Below the pieces are notes generated by a model. The model was not told where the DNA came from, searched no databases, and worked only from the letters and a program-made list of their open reading frames with translations. Below are positions 30,308-38,746 of a stretch of 64,000 bases of DNA, in pieces; the first letter of the stretch is position 1; every line of letters begins with the position of its first letter. A program made the translations under genes and the position numbers. Source of the stretch: Candidatus Kuenenia stuttgartensis. Its GTDB lineage: Bacteria; Planctomycetota; Planctomycetia; Pirellulales; UBA1268. The stretch is from assembly GCA_945897435.1 (NCBI GenBank), contig CAMDFJ010000004.1, positions 10,316 through 74,315 on the forward strand. The letters run 5' to 3'.

Positions 30308-32776
30308 ATGCCCCTGGGCGACCAACCCCGCCGAAGATGGATCTGCGGCTGCGGCAGACTGGCCGCCGCCTGTCTGGTGTTGGCGGCTGTCGCGGTCGAG
30401 GCCGTCGGTCAGACGGCGTTCCAGAAGGACATCGAGGCGGGAATGTCCTCGGCCGGACCGCTCGTGATCAGCGGCATCTATCCCCACCTCGCTGCATTCA
30501 ACGGCACGGGTGCGTTCGCCAGCAACGGCGAGTGTGGAATCGGCGCCGTCGTGCCCTGGGCGGGCAGGCTCTGGTTTCTCACCTATCCGCCGCACTCCAC
30601 CAAGGGCAGCAGCGACAAGCTCTATGCCGTCGGCCCGGACATGAGCCTCGAGGTGCGGCCGGAGAGCGTCGGCGGCACGCATGCCAATCGGATGATCCAC
30701 GCGGAGTCGCAGCAGCTCATCATCGGTCCCTACTTCATCGACACGAAGGGCAACGTCCGGGCCTGTGACGTCAAGAACCAGCTCGTGGGCCGGATGACGG
30801 CCGTGATGCGGCACCTGAAAGACCCGGCCAATCTCGTCTATTTCTACGACATGGAGGGGGCGATCTACGAGGTCGATGTCCACTCGCTCGCCGTACAAAA
30901 ACTTTTCACCAAGCCGGTGCCCGGCTGGCACGGCAAGGGAGGCTACACGGCTCAGGGCCGCGTGGTGATCAGCAACAACGGCGAGGCGGCCGTGGGCAAG
31001 GACGTGCCACGAGAGTATCTCGCCGCGCTGCCGCCAGAAAAGCCGGAGGACGCCGGCGTGCTCGCCGAGTGGGATGGGAGCGAGTGGCGGATCATCGAGC
31101 GGCACCAGTTCACCGACGTGACCGGCCCCGGCGGTATCCGCGGCGCCCCCGACGACGCCGCACCGCTCTGGGCCGTCGGCTGGGACAGGCGGAGCGTCAT
31201 CCTGAAGCTGCTCGATGGCGGTACCTGGTCCACGTTCCGGCTGCCGAAGGGGAGCTATTCGTTCGACCCGCGGCATGGTTGGTTCACGGAATGGCCGCGA
31301 ATTCGCGAGCTGGGCGACGGCAGGTTTCTGATGGTGATGCACGGCCAGATGTTCGACTTTCCGCGCAGCTTCTCGCGGGCCGACACCGCGGGCATCCGGC
31401 CGATCTGCACCCACCTCCGCTACGTGCCCGACTTCTGCGACTGGAACGGCAGGCTCGTGATCGCCGCCGACGACACCAGCGTGATGGGCAACCCGCTCGC
31501 CGGACAGTCGCAGTCGAACCTCTGGTTCGGAGACTTTGCCGAGCTGAAAACCTGGGGTCCGACGGCCGCCTGGGGCGGTGTCTGGATGGGTGACGCCGTC
31601 GTGAAGGACGAGCCGAGCGATCCCTTTCTCGTCGCAGGCTACGCGACCCTCGCCCTGCACCTCTCGCACAGGGCGGACACCCCGGTGACATTCACCCTCG
31701 AGGCCGACCTGCAGGGGAATGGCCAGTGGCAGCCACTCGAGACGATCACCGTACCTGCAGAGGGCTACCGCCATCATGTATTCGACGCCGGGGTGAAGGC
31801 GGAGTGGGTGCGGCTCAGGGCCGACAAGACCTGCGAGGCGACCGGTTATTTCCACTGTGGCGGCGACGATCTGCCGCCGCGGGCTGCTGCCGCTGACACT
31901 GCCGGCGGAGCCGCGACGCCCGCGCTCGTCCGTCCGGCGAAGGGCAACCGAAACCTGCAGGTCGTCCTCGGTGACGGCTACTACGAGGTCGATGAGCGAC
32001 TCAGCTTCACGGCCCTGCCCGAGCCGAAAGAGGTCGGCGACATCCGCCCCACGCTGGAGTTGCAGTCGGAGTTCAGCCTGGATCCCGCTTCGGTCATCAT
32101 CACCGATGGAAACGGTGACCGTTGGCGGCTGCCCCGGACCGACGCCATGTTCGACAGGCCCTTCGCGAGCGGCTGGCCGCGTGGCGTGCGGGAGGTGGCG
32201 AGCGAGCGAAACCTGGCCAATTTCCACGGCATCTTCTACGAGATTCCGCGATCGAGCGAATCGAAGTCCGGTGAACATCGAAAGATCGACTGTCGAAGGA
32301 TGAAGCCGGTCGCGGCCCATCGGATGCCGATCAGCGACTTCTGCACCTGGCGCGGGCTGATGGTGATGTCTGGTGAGTTTGCCCAGCCAAAGGTCGGTCG
32401 TCTGTTTCGCTCCGCCGACGGCAGGGCCGCCCTCTGGTTCGGCAAGACGGACGACCTCTGGCAGTTCGGCAAACCGACCGGGCATGGCGGCCCATGGAAC
32501 AAGACGGCTGTCAAAGCCGGGCTGGCGAGCGATCCTTTCCTGATGACCAACTTCGACCGCAAGTCGCTGTCACTGTCGCACGACGCGTCCCAGCCGGTGA
32601 CGTTTACGGTCGAGGTCGATTTCCTGGCCACCGGCGACTGGAGCGAGTATGGCCGGTTCACGGTCGAGCCGGGTGCAACCGCTCTCCATCAGTTTCCCGC
32701 CGGCTATGCCGCCCACTGGGTCCGTCTCCGCGCCGACCGAGACTGCGGAGCCACCGCGGAATTCACCTACGAGTAA
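30308..32776 (+). CDS. Large exported hypothetical protein (822 aa) with an internal C-terminal module duplication
   Basis: Signal-like 'RLAAACLVLAAVAVEAVGQ' and GGGAGA upstream of the ATG. Residues encoded by 31394-31861 and 32300-32773 are clearly homologous (see findings). No family recognised. Confidence 0.75.
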   Translation: MPLGDQPRRRWICGCGRLAAACLVLAAVAVEAVGQTAFQKDIEAGMSSAGPLVISGIYPHLAAFNGTGAFASNGECGIGAVVPWAGRLWFLTYPPHSTKGSSDKLYAVGPDMSLEVRPESVGGTHANRMIHAESQQLIIGPYFIDTKGNVRACDVKNQLVGRMTAVMRHLKDPANLVYFYDMEGAIYEVDVHSLAVQKLFTKPVPGWHGKGGYTAQGRVVISNNGEAAVGKDVPREYLAALPPEKPEDAGVLAEWDGSEWRIIERHQFTDVTGPGGIRGAPDDAAPLWAVGWDRRSVILKLLDGGTWSTFRLPKGSYSFDPRHGWFTEWPRIRELGDGRFLMVMHGQMFDFPRSFSRADTAGIRPICTHLRYVPDFCDWNGRLVIAADDTSVMGNPLAGQSQSNLWFGDFAELKTWGPTAAWGGVWMGDAVVKDEPSDPFLVAGYATLALHLSHRADTPVTFTLEADLQGNGQWQPLETITVPAEGYRHHVFDAGVKAEWVRLRADKTCEATGYFHCGGDDLPPRAAAADTAGGAATPALVRPAKGNRNLQVVLGDGYYEVDERLSFTALPEPKEVGDIRPTLELQSEFSLDPASVIITDGNGDRWRLPRTDAMFDRPFASGWPRGVREVASERNLANFHGIFYEIPRSSESKSGEHRKIDCRRMKPVAAHRMPISDFCTWRGLMVMSGEFAQPKVGRLFRSADGRAALWFGKTDDLWQFGKPTGHGGPWNKTAVKAGLASDPFLMTNFDRKSLSLSHDASQPVTFTVEVDFLATGDWSEYGRFTVEPGATALHQFPAGYAAHWVRLRADRDCGATAEFTYE

Positions 32777-32798
32777 ACACGACGGGCTGCGGCACCGT

Positions 32799-33692
32799 TC
32801 AATCCTTCAACGACTGAAGGTAGGCGATCGACCGCGGCACCTGCTCGGCAAAGAGCGGGCTCTCGTCCTCGATGTAGGCATGCGCGACACCCGCCTTGCG
32901 GGCCGCCCTGAGAACGGCCGGGATGTCGATCTGGCCGCTGCCGAGCGACACGTCGTTCTCGGGCGGAGTCCGCCCCGACAGGTCCCCCTGAACGCCACGT
33001 CGGAGATCTTTCAGGTGCAGGAGTTTGACCCGATTTCCATACCGCTCGATGATCGCAGCCGGATCGGCGCCGCCGAAATGGGCCCAGAGGATATCGAGTT
33101 CGAAGGCGACGTCTGCGGGATCTGTCTCGGCCGCGATCAGGTCGAAGAGTGTGCCATCTCCGTGCGTCGCAAACTCGTAGCCGTGGTTGTGGTAGCAGAA
33201 TGTAAGGCCATGCTGCTCCCGGAGCAGCCGGCCGACGCGATTGAAGTCTGCGGCCGCCATCCGGGCATGGTCGGCCGTGAACGGGCCCTTGTGTGGAATC
33301 CAGGCCACCCGCACGAACCTCGCCCCGAGGGTTTTGGCATCGGCTGCCACCGTGGCGGTCGCCTTGATGAGATCTTCGTAGCCGACGCCATATGACGAGC
33401 ATGTCATGCCCCGTTCGTCGAGCAGCCTGCGGATCACGGCGGCGGTCGCGCCGAAGAGGTTCGAGAACTCGATATCGCGAATCCCGAGCCCGCGGATGGC
33501 GTCGAGGGTGCCCGGGATGTCGGTTTTGAACGGCTCGCGGTAGGTGTATGAAACCATGCCGGGCGGTTTGGACAGCAGCGGCTCTGCGGTCGCCACGGAG
33601 ACGAGCCCCGTGGCGAAGGCGATCAGACAGGCGATCAGGCCGCGAGCGTCGTACGGCCTGTATCCGGCATGGTCATCCAGCCTGCGTATCAT
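32799..33692 (-). CDS. Exported xylose-isomerase-like TIM-barrel protein (sugar phosphate isomerase/epimerase family)
   Basis: Start at ATG 33692 with GGGAGG 6 nt upstream. Hydrophobic leader 'LIACLIAFATGLVSVATA'. 'FVRVAWIPH', 'FCYHNHGYEF', 'VKLLHLKD' are TIM-barrel family motifs. Confidence 0.82.
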   Translation of the reverse strand: MIRRLDDHAGYRPYDARGLIACLIAFATGLVSVATAEPLLSKPPGMVSYTYREPFKTDIPGTLDAIRGLGIRDIEFSNLFGATAAVIRRLLDERGMTCSSYGVGYEDLIKATATVAADAKTLGARFVRVAWIPHKGPFTADHARMAAADFNRVGRLLREQHGLTFCYHNHGYEFATHGDGTLFDLIAAETDPADVAFELDILWAHFGGADPAAIIERYGNRVKLLHLKDLRRGVQGDLSGRTPPENDVSLGSGQIDIPAVLRAARKAGVAHAYIEDESPLFAEQVPRSIAYLQSLKD

Positions 33693-33822
33693 GGAAGCCT
33701 CCCGACGGTCTACAGTGCGGACGACCCACGTCGAATGAACCCGCTTCAAATGATAGTCCAGAGTCCGTCCGATCGCCTGACGCTCTCTCCAGTTTCGAAA
33801 TCCCGTCCCGGAGGCCGGTCGA

Positions 33823-34431
33823 ATGTTCGGATGCATCCTGCTCGCCCTCGTCTACCTGGCGTTTTTGATCTGGCATGAGCCCTGGTTTTCCAGGCGGCTC
33901 GAACCGGGAGAGGCGATCGCGGCCATCGGCGGCGACTATGCGGAGAGTGATCCCGAGGAGCGGCGGGCATTTGAGGCATTCATGGACGGCGATGATGGCC
34001 GGCCCTTCTACATGCTGAACCTGATGCGGTATCGCGGGCAGGCCGAGTATCGGGACGGAAAACTTCCCGATGGCGGTGTCGCCGCCGGACTGACTGGCAG
34101 GGAGGCGGGGCGACTGTACGAGCGGATGGTCGTGCCCGAGTTGCTCAAGCGAGGATGCTATCCGGTGTTCGTGTCGCGGAAGATCGGAAACCTGCTCTCC
34201 GCAGGCAGCGGCAGCGACTTTTTCGAGGAGATTGCCGTCGTCCGCTACCGCAGCCGGCGGGATATGCTGTCGATGGTCGCGAGCAGGCCGTTCATCGAGG
34301 GCATTCCACACAAGTGGGCCTCGCTTGAGAAGACGGTCGCCGTGCCGACCCGGTTGATGCTGTTGGTCGATCTGCGGACGCTCGTGCCGCTCACGCTGTT
34401 CGCCGCGTACGCGATCGCAGGCTGGTTCTGA
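33823..34431 (+). CDS. Hypothetical membrane-anchored protein (possibly DUF1330-like alpha/beta barrel core)
   Basis: N- and C-terminal hydrophobic segments. The central 'PFYMLNLMRYR...EEIAVVRYRSRRDMLSMV' is reminiscent of DUF1330. This is a weak call. Confidence 0.55.
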   Translation: MFGCILLALVYLAFLIWHEPWFSRRLEPGEAIAAIGGDYAESDPEERRAFEAFMDGDDGRPFYMLNLMRYRGQAEYRDGKLPDGGVAAGLTGREAGRLYERMVVPELLKRGCYPVFVSRKIGNLLSAGSGSDFFEEIAVVRYRSRRDMLSMVASRPFIEGIPHKWASLEKTVAVPTRLMLLVDLRTLVPLTLFAAYAIAGWF

Positions 34432-34454
34432 CCGGATTCCCCTGGAGCCCAGCA

Positions 34455-36131
34455 ATGATCGACAATAGAACGAGGAACAGACTGACGACGGTGGGGCTGG
34501 CCTGCCTGTTGCTGGCGGCGGTCGCCGTGGCGGGCTTCGCACTGATCGGCGGTCGGCAGGGAGTGCTGCTGCTCATCGCCAGGATGCGGCGGGTCGAGCC
34601 GGCGGCAAACCACCCGGTCGTCTGGGAGCAGGGACCACCGGCTGAACCGGCCGGCGACCGCAGGCCGAACATCATCGTCATCCTCGCGGATGACATGGGC
34701 TTCAACGACATCACTTTCAACGGCGGCGGAGTCGCCGACGGCGCAGTGCCGACTCCGCAGATCGACTCGATCGGCCGCGATGGCGTCAACTTCCCGCTGG
34801 CCTATGCCGGAAATGCCACCTGCTCGCCTTCGCGGGCGGCCCTGATGACGGGTCGATACCCGACCCGGTTTGGCTTCGAGTTCACAAGCGCTCCGGTCAA
34901 CTTCGCCCGGGTCGTGGCCATGAGCCTGGGCAATCCGTTCCACGAGGCGATCTACCACAAGGAACGGGAGCAGGACGTGCCGCCCTTGGCGACGCAGGGA
35001 CTGCCCACCTCCGAGGTCACGATCGCGGAACTGCTCTCGAAAGCGGGCTACCGGACGCTGCATCTGGGGAAGTGGCACCTGGGCGAGACCGAGGAGTTCC
35101 AGCCCGAGCGGCGCGGGTTTCATGAGAGCCTCGGGTTTCTGGCGGGGGGCTCGATGTACGAAGACCCCGACAGCCCGGAGATCGTCAACGCGAAGCAATC
35201 CTTCGATCCGGTCGACAGTTTTCTCTGGGCGGCACAGCCCAGCGGCGTGCGGTTCAACGGCGGCCCGGTGTTCAAGACCGACGGCTACATGACCGACTAC
35301 CTCACCGATCAGGCGATCGCGGCCATGGCTGCCAACCGCCACCGTCCGTTCTTCATGTACCTCGCCTACAACGCACCACACTCGCCGCTGCAGGCCACGA
35401 AGGCGGATTACGACGCCCTGCCGCAGATCGGCAGCCATCCGCTCCGGGTCTACGCGGCGATGATCCGCAATCTCGACCGCAATGTCGGCAGGGTGCTCGA
35501 TGCGATTCGGGAGCAGGGAATCGAGAAAGAAACGCTCGTGATCTTCACCAGCGACAATGGTGGAGCCAACTATCTCGGGTTCGACGCCCTCAACAAGCCG
35601 TACCGTGGCTGGAAGGCCACCTTCTTCGAGGGCGGGCTGCGGGTTCCGTTCTTCATGCGCTGGCCGGGGCGGTTGCCGAAGGGGGTGAGCGTGCCCGATC
35701 CCGTGACCCACTTCGACGTCTTCGCCACCGCGGCGGCCGTGGCCGGGGCGGAACTGCCGACCGATCGAGCGATCGACGGCACGAACCTGATTCCATTCAT
35801 CGAACCGAAGGCCCCGGGTCGGCCGCACGACGCGCTCTTCTGGAGAAGCGGAAACTACCGAACGGTTCGGCTGGCCGATTGGAAACTCCAGGTCGACGGC
35901 ACCCGCGGGAAACAGTGGCTCTACAATCTGGCCGTCGACCCGACCGAGCAGCGGGATCTTGCCGAGTCGAGCCCGGAGAAGGTCGCCGAACTGGCTGCGG
36001 TGCTCGCCCGCATCGATGCCGAGCAGGCCAAGCCGCTCTGGCCGGCGCTGATCGAGGCGCCGGTGCTGATCGACAAGCCTCTGGGGCGACCGATGACCGC
36101 GGCTGACGAATTCATCTATTGGTCGAACTGA
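34455..36131 (+). CDS. Arylsulfatase-type sulfatase (formylglycine-dependent)
   Basis: 'NIIVILADDMGFNDI' and the FGly signature 'CSPSRAALMTGRYP'; 'LGKWHLG'; 'SDNGG'. N-terminal anchor/signal present. Confidence 0.9.
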   Translation: MIDNRTRNRLTTVGLACLLLAAVAVAGFALIGGRQGVLLLIARMRRVEPAANHPVVWEQGPPAEPAGDRRPNIIVILADDMGFNDITFNGGGVADGAVPTPQIDSIGRDGVNFPLAYAGNATCSPSRAALMTGRYPTRFGFEFTSAPVNFARVVAMSLGNPFHEAIYHKEREQDVPPLATQGLPTSEVTIAELLSKAGYRTLHLGKWHLGETEEFQPERRGFHESLGFLAGGSMYEDPDSPEIVNAKQSFDPVDSFLWAAQPSGVRFNGGPVFKTDGYMTDYLTDQAIAAMAANRHRPFFMYLAYNAPHSPLQATKADYDALPQIGSHPLRVYAAMIRNLDRNVGRVLDAIREQGIEKETLVIFTSDNGGANYLGFDALNKPYRGWKATFFEGGLRVPFFMRWPGRLPKGVSVPDPVTHFDVFATAAAVAGAELPTDRAIDGTNLIPFIEPKAPGRPHDALFWRSGNYRTVRLADWKLQVDGTRGKQWLYNLAVDPTEQRDLAESSPEKVAELAAVLARIDAEQAKPLWPALIEAPVLIDKPLGRPMTAADEFIYWSN

Positions 36132-36132
36132 A

Positions 36133-36150
36133 CCCCGCTCGAGCGCGGGG
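36133..36150. terminator. GC-rich hairpin between convergent sulfatase and condensation-domain genes
   Basis: CCCCGC-TCGAGC-GCGGGG (6-bp stem) located 2 nt after the sulfatase stop. No U-tract. Confidence 0.3.
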
Positions 36151-36165
36151 CGGACCACCGCGACA

Positions 36166-37590
36166 TCAACTGGCCGCAATCACCGGATCGCGGAGCTGCT
36201 CGCTTCGTGCCGAGGCCAACAGCTCCCGCCACTGGGTCAGGTAGCAGTTCATGATTGCATCGGCCGCCGCGGGCGTGATCGCGGTGGCGTCGTAGCGGAA
36301 GGAGATCGTCATCCTCCCTGCATACTCGAAGATACCGAAGCCCCAGCGGGTGCCCGGACGCAGGGGCGGCGTGCGGATTTCGATGTCGAGGCACCGGGCC
36401 TTGTCGAGCCACATCAGCCCCTCCTCGTCGACCGGCAGCCGCTTTCGCAGCCGCCACGAGGGATCGCTGAGGTTCGTCAGCACGGCCGTCGAGAAACAGT
36501 TGTGGCGGCGCAGGAACCATTGCATCACGCGTCGGTAGCGGACGGCGACCCCCAGGCCGTCGAGGAATTCCGCACCCCTGCCTGCCTGGCGCCGTTCCTG
36601 GAGGTCCCGCTGCAGGCCGGGCAGCAGCGATTGCCAGTCGCCGCATTCCGAGACCCGTCGATCGAGAAAGACGTAGGTGTAGCGGTTCGCCGCCGGCATT
36701 CGCTCGTCTGCTCGGGACCGAATGTCGGTGGGGACCGCGACCCGCAGGCGGGCCCGCGGCGAGACGCGGCAACCGCGCTGCCATTCGCCGAGCACGGCAA
36801 AGAGCATTGCCACCGCGATGTCGTTGCGGGTCGCGCTGAACCGCTGTTGGATGGCGTCCATCACGGCGATCTCGTTTGCGGAAAAGGTGTGCGTGCGGTG
36901 TCCGAGGGCCGTGTCCGGCCGCTCGCGGGACAGTCTCGATGCCGCCGCAGAAACGTCGCTCGCCGCCGGCGTCGCCCGGAGCACGGTGAACCGCAGGAAG
37001 CGTTTCAGTCTCTGCCAGAGGGAGACTCCTGCAGCCGAGGGGTAGCTCCCGCGGTCGTCGAGCAGGGCCGCGTCGGAACGGAAAAATGGATCCTCGTCGC
37101 TGGATGCTCCGCTGAGCACGATGTAGGCGAGTGCCAGATCCTGGAGAAACATCCGGGCACCGTGACCATCGCAGCAGGCGTGATGGAAGAGAAGTTCGAG
37201 ATCGGAGCCCTCGGCCGTCTCGCGCAGGGAGCCGCGAAGCCCCGGTTCCCGTTCCAGATCGATGCCGCGCAGCTCCGTCCCGCCGGTGCCTCTCTCCGCA
37301 GCGACGACGATTTCCGGCCAGCCGGTCGCCGGCGCGTACCAGAAAAGTCGATTCGCCTCGCTGCGGATGGTGGCTCGGAGGAGCGGGTGGCGGGCGATCG
37401 CGAATCGCCAGGCGTCGGCCATGGTGGCGGGGTCGATCGGCCCGGCAAACCGCAGCACGACCAGAAAGACGAGCGGATAGTCTGGCCGGTCGTCGAGCCA
37501 CATGAACTGCTCGAGCGGGGTCAGCCGCCAACAGCGGTCGCCTTCGGCCCAGGGGGCATGGCGGGCGAGCAGGTCTTCGACTCGTACCAT
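36166..37590 (-). CDS. Stand-alone condensation-domain protein (NRPS C-domain / PapA-like acyltransferase)
   Basis: Active-site motif 'HHACCDGHG' (HHxxxDG). N-terminal 'LTPLEQFMW' is typical of C domains. About 474 aa. Start at ATG 37590. Confidence 0.75.
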   Translation of the reverse strand: MVRVEDLLARHAPWAEGDRCWRLTPLEQFMWLDDRPDYPLVFLVVLRFAGPIDPATMADAWRFAIARHPLLRATIRSEANRLFWYAPATGWPEIVVAAERGTGGTELRGIDLEREPGLRGSLRETAEGSDLELLFHHACCDGHGARMFLQDLALAYIVLSGASSDEDPFFRSDAALLDDRGSYPSAAGVSLWQRLKRFLRFTVLRATPAASDVSAAASRLSRERPDTALGHRTHTFSANEIAVMDAIQQRFSATRNDIAVAMLFAVLGEWQRGCRVSPRARLRVAVPTDIRSRADERMPAANRYTYVFLDRRVSECGDWQSLLPGLQRDLQERRQAGRGAEFLDGLGVAVRYRRVMQWFLRRHNCFSTAVLTNLSDPSWRLRKRLPVDEEGLMWLDKARCLDIEIRTPPLRPGTRWGFGIFEYAGRMTISFRYDATAITPAAADAIMNCYLTQWRELLASARSEQLRDPVIAAS

Positions 37591-37876
37591 CCGCGATCTT
37601 CCGTGAGCGGGCCGAAGCGAAGCTTCCGCAGGCCCGCAGCATAGTCGATTCGCGGAGAGGGTCGCATGGGGCATGCGGTTTTGGGCCGCTTGAGTGGGGC
37701 GAGAAGGATGTCGTATGACCCGACGATGCTTTCGACCGCCCTTCTGGAGACGTCAGACACGAGGATCTCGGATGCGATACCATACGAGTCTCGGTGATGA
37801 ATCTCGAGGATGAATTCTGACGGCATCGCGCCGCCCCCGGTGGCAGGCCCGGTGCCCTCGGGCCGGGGCCAAAGGG

Positions 37877-38746
37877 ATGCCAGACTCAGACAACCGTATC
37901 AAGCCAGCCGGCCTGCCAGCGGGCAGCCTCGTCTTCCTCGGAACCGGGACCAGTGTCGGAGTGCCCGTCGTCGGCTGTGTCTGCGGCACCTGCACGAGTG
38001 CTGATCCGCGAAACCAGCGGTCGCGGACGAGCGTGGCAATCGGGCTCCCGGGCGGCACACTGCTCGTCGACACCACGCCCGATCTCCGCAGCCAACTGCT
38101 GCGACAGCGGATCGGCCAGGTCGATGCCATTCTCTACACGCACGACCACGTCGATCACGTCTACGGCCTCGACGACATCCGGCCGCTCTGCTTCGCCGCC
38201 GGGCGTCCGATTCCCGTGCTCTGCGAGGAGCGGGTCGAGCGGCGAATCTGCCGGGCCTTCGATTACGCCTTCGAGACCGTTCCCGTGCCTGGTGGCGGCG
38301 TGCCGAAGATCACCTTCGAACGGATCGGCACAAGCCCGTTCGAGGTCCTCGGCAGCCGGATCACCCCGCTGCGGCTGCAGCATGGCACCTTCGACGTGCT
38401 TGGGTTCCGATTCGGCGATCTCGCCTATTGCACCGATACCAACTGCATCCCCGACGAGACATGGCCGCTTCTCGAGGGTCTCGACACGCTGATCCTCGAC
38501 TGCCTCCGGCCGTCGCGGCATCCGACCCACTTCTCGCTCGACGAGGCGATCGCGGTCGCCCGGCGGGTCGGCGCCCGGCGGACGCTTTTCGTGCACATGT
38601 CCCACGAGATCGAGCATGGGACGGTCTCGGCCATGCTTCCGCCGGGCATCGAACTGGCCTACGACGGTCTGGTCGTCCCGATGATCCTTCCGCCGACGGC
38701 TAGCGTCGCAGCCGCAGCGAGTTGGCGATCACCGACAACGAACTGA
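37877..38746 (+). CDS. MBL-fold metallo-hydrolase (PhnP / GPP-like)
   Basis: '[11 protein letters not shown]', 'CTCxxCTS'-like Cys cluster 'GCVCGTCTS', and '[16 protein letters not shown]' (HxHxDH). Confidence 0.82.
   Translation: MPDSDNRIKPAGLPAGSLVFLGTGTSVGVPVVGCVCGTCTSADPRNQRSRTSVAIGLPGGTLLVDTTPDLRSQLLRQRIGQVDAILYTHDHVDHVYGLDDIRPLCFAAGRPIPVLCEERVERRICRAFDYAFETVPVPGGGVPKITFERIGTSPFEVLGSRITPLRLQHGTFDVLGFRFGDLAYCTDTNCIPDETWPLLEGLDTLILDCLRPSRHPTHFSLDEAIAVARRVGARRTLFVHMSHEIEHGTVSAMLPPGIELAYDGLVVPMILPPTASVAAAASWRSPTTN

Noticed and set aside
36116-37783. 555-aa minus-strand ORF overlapping the condensation-domain gene in another frame
   Set aside because: It is extremely Arg/Pro/Gly/Ala-rich with no motifs. 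The alternative frame (36166..37590) carries HHxxxDG and a normal amino-acid composition.
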